Program-made: the position numbers and the translations under genes
Shown: positions 63,358 to 64,000 of the stretch, piece by piece
Position numbering within the stretch: the first letter of the stretch is position 1
Layout of the letters: the number at the start of each line of letters is the position of its first letter
Assembly (NCBI GenBank): GCA_030141605.1
Contig: JAQGDQ010000738.1
Location: 1 to 64,000, forward strand
Direction of reading: 5' to 3'
Length of the DNA stretch: 64,000 nt
DNA from: Tubiluchus corallicola
Taxonomy: Eukaryota > Animalia > Priapulida
Notes under the pieces: model-generated
What the model saw: only the letters and a program-made list of their open reading frames with translations
Told to the model about the DNA's origin: nothing
The model's database searches: none

Positions 63358-63887
63358 AAAAAAATGTAAGAAATTTTCCATAGACAAGGAGAGCTAGAAA
63401 GATCGGAGGCAGGAGAGAGCAGAGAGCTGATGTAGGAAACTGAACATTTTTCACTACATTGTATTAAGCTTTTTATATCCTAAGTTTCAAATCGCGGCTT
63501 ACGTTGACTGTATTAATTAATTTCATAATTAGTTTTTAATTATAGCAAAAGTTTTGCTTGTTAATAAACTGCGATTAATGTACTGAAAAGTAAAACTATT
63601 GTAATTTGTACATTATAGTAACAGGTTCATTTTCTGCAAGTTGTAGATATTTTATTAAAGGAACATTATTGTGCACTTATATGTTGTTAACCAAATTTTT
63701 TTGTTGACCTAATCTTTACGTCACCAAAAGTCGTTAAAAGTGTGAAGTCATTGTTCGTCACATGTGACATCAAGTCACGTGATTCAAGTTGAAACTGGCT
63801 GTCTAGTTTTTTTTGCAGAAATGTTTACCTAATTTTGTTTATTATGTATTAAATCTGTTGGCCTAGATTTTCATTTCTATGGTTTGA

Positions 63888-64000
63888 AAGTGAACACTGA
63901 TAATAGTTTAACTGTTCAAGTGAACACTGATAATAGTTTAAACGTTCAAGTGAACACTGATAATAGTTTAAACGTTCAAGTGAACACTGATAATAGTTTA
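63888..64000. repeat. 30-bp minisatellite running off the window end
   Basis: GTGAACACTGATAATAGTTTAAACGTTCAA. Confidence 0.93.

Overview
Repeat-rich, AT-rich metazoan (invertebrate-like) genomic DNA, not prokaryotic, so most ORF-track entries are artefacts. Three + strand protein-coding genes were assembled by hand with frame-consistent splice junctions. (1) A 5'-truncated ZDHHC5/8-type palmitoyltransferase: 7 visible exons, 143-14857, ending in the YEISV PDZ ligand, with a probable U12 minor-spliceosome intron at 3982-6620. (2) An intronless ~1308-aa ATP10-class P4-ATPase lipid flippase (21095-25021). (3) A 13-coding-exon, ~1232-aa ZC3H11A orthologue (32319-59125). Gene 3 is the most unusual: three tandemly duplicated exons each carry an RVxF (PP1-docking-type) motif, and it has a duplicated frameshifting splice acceptor before zinc-finger exon 3, a candidate intronic polyA site after exon 5 and a housekeeping-type promoter signature inside intron 6. 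Introns and intergenic DNA hold hAT, Tc1/mariner-pogo and Kolobok-type MITEs (several nested, with target-site duplications, TSDs), LTR remnants (one with a tRNA-Leu primer-binding site), LINE 3' ends, a full-length 5S rRNA-headed SINE3, tRNA SINEs and more than 15 tandem arrays. All family assignments come from recalled motifs, not database searches.
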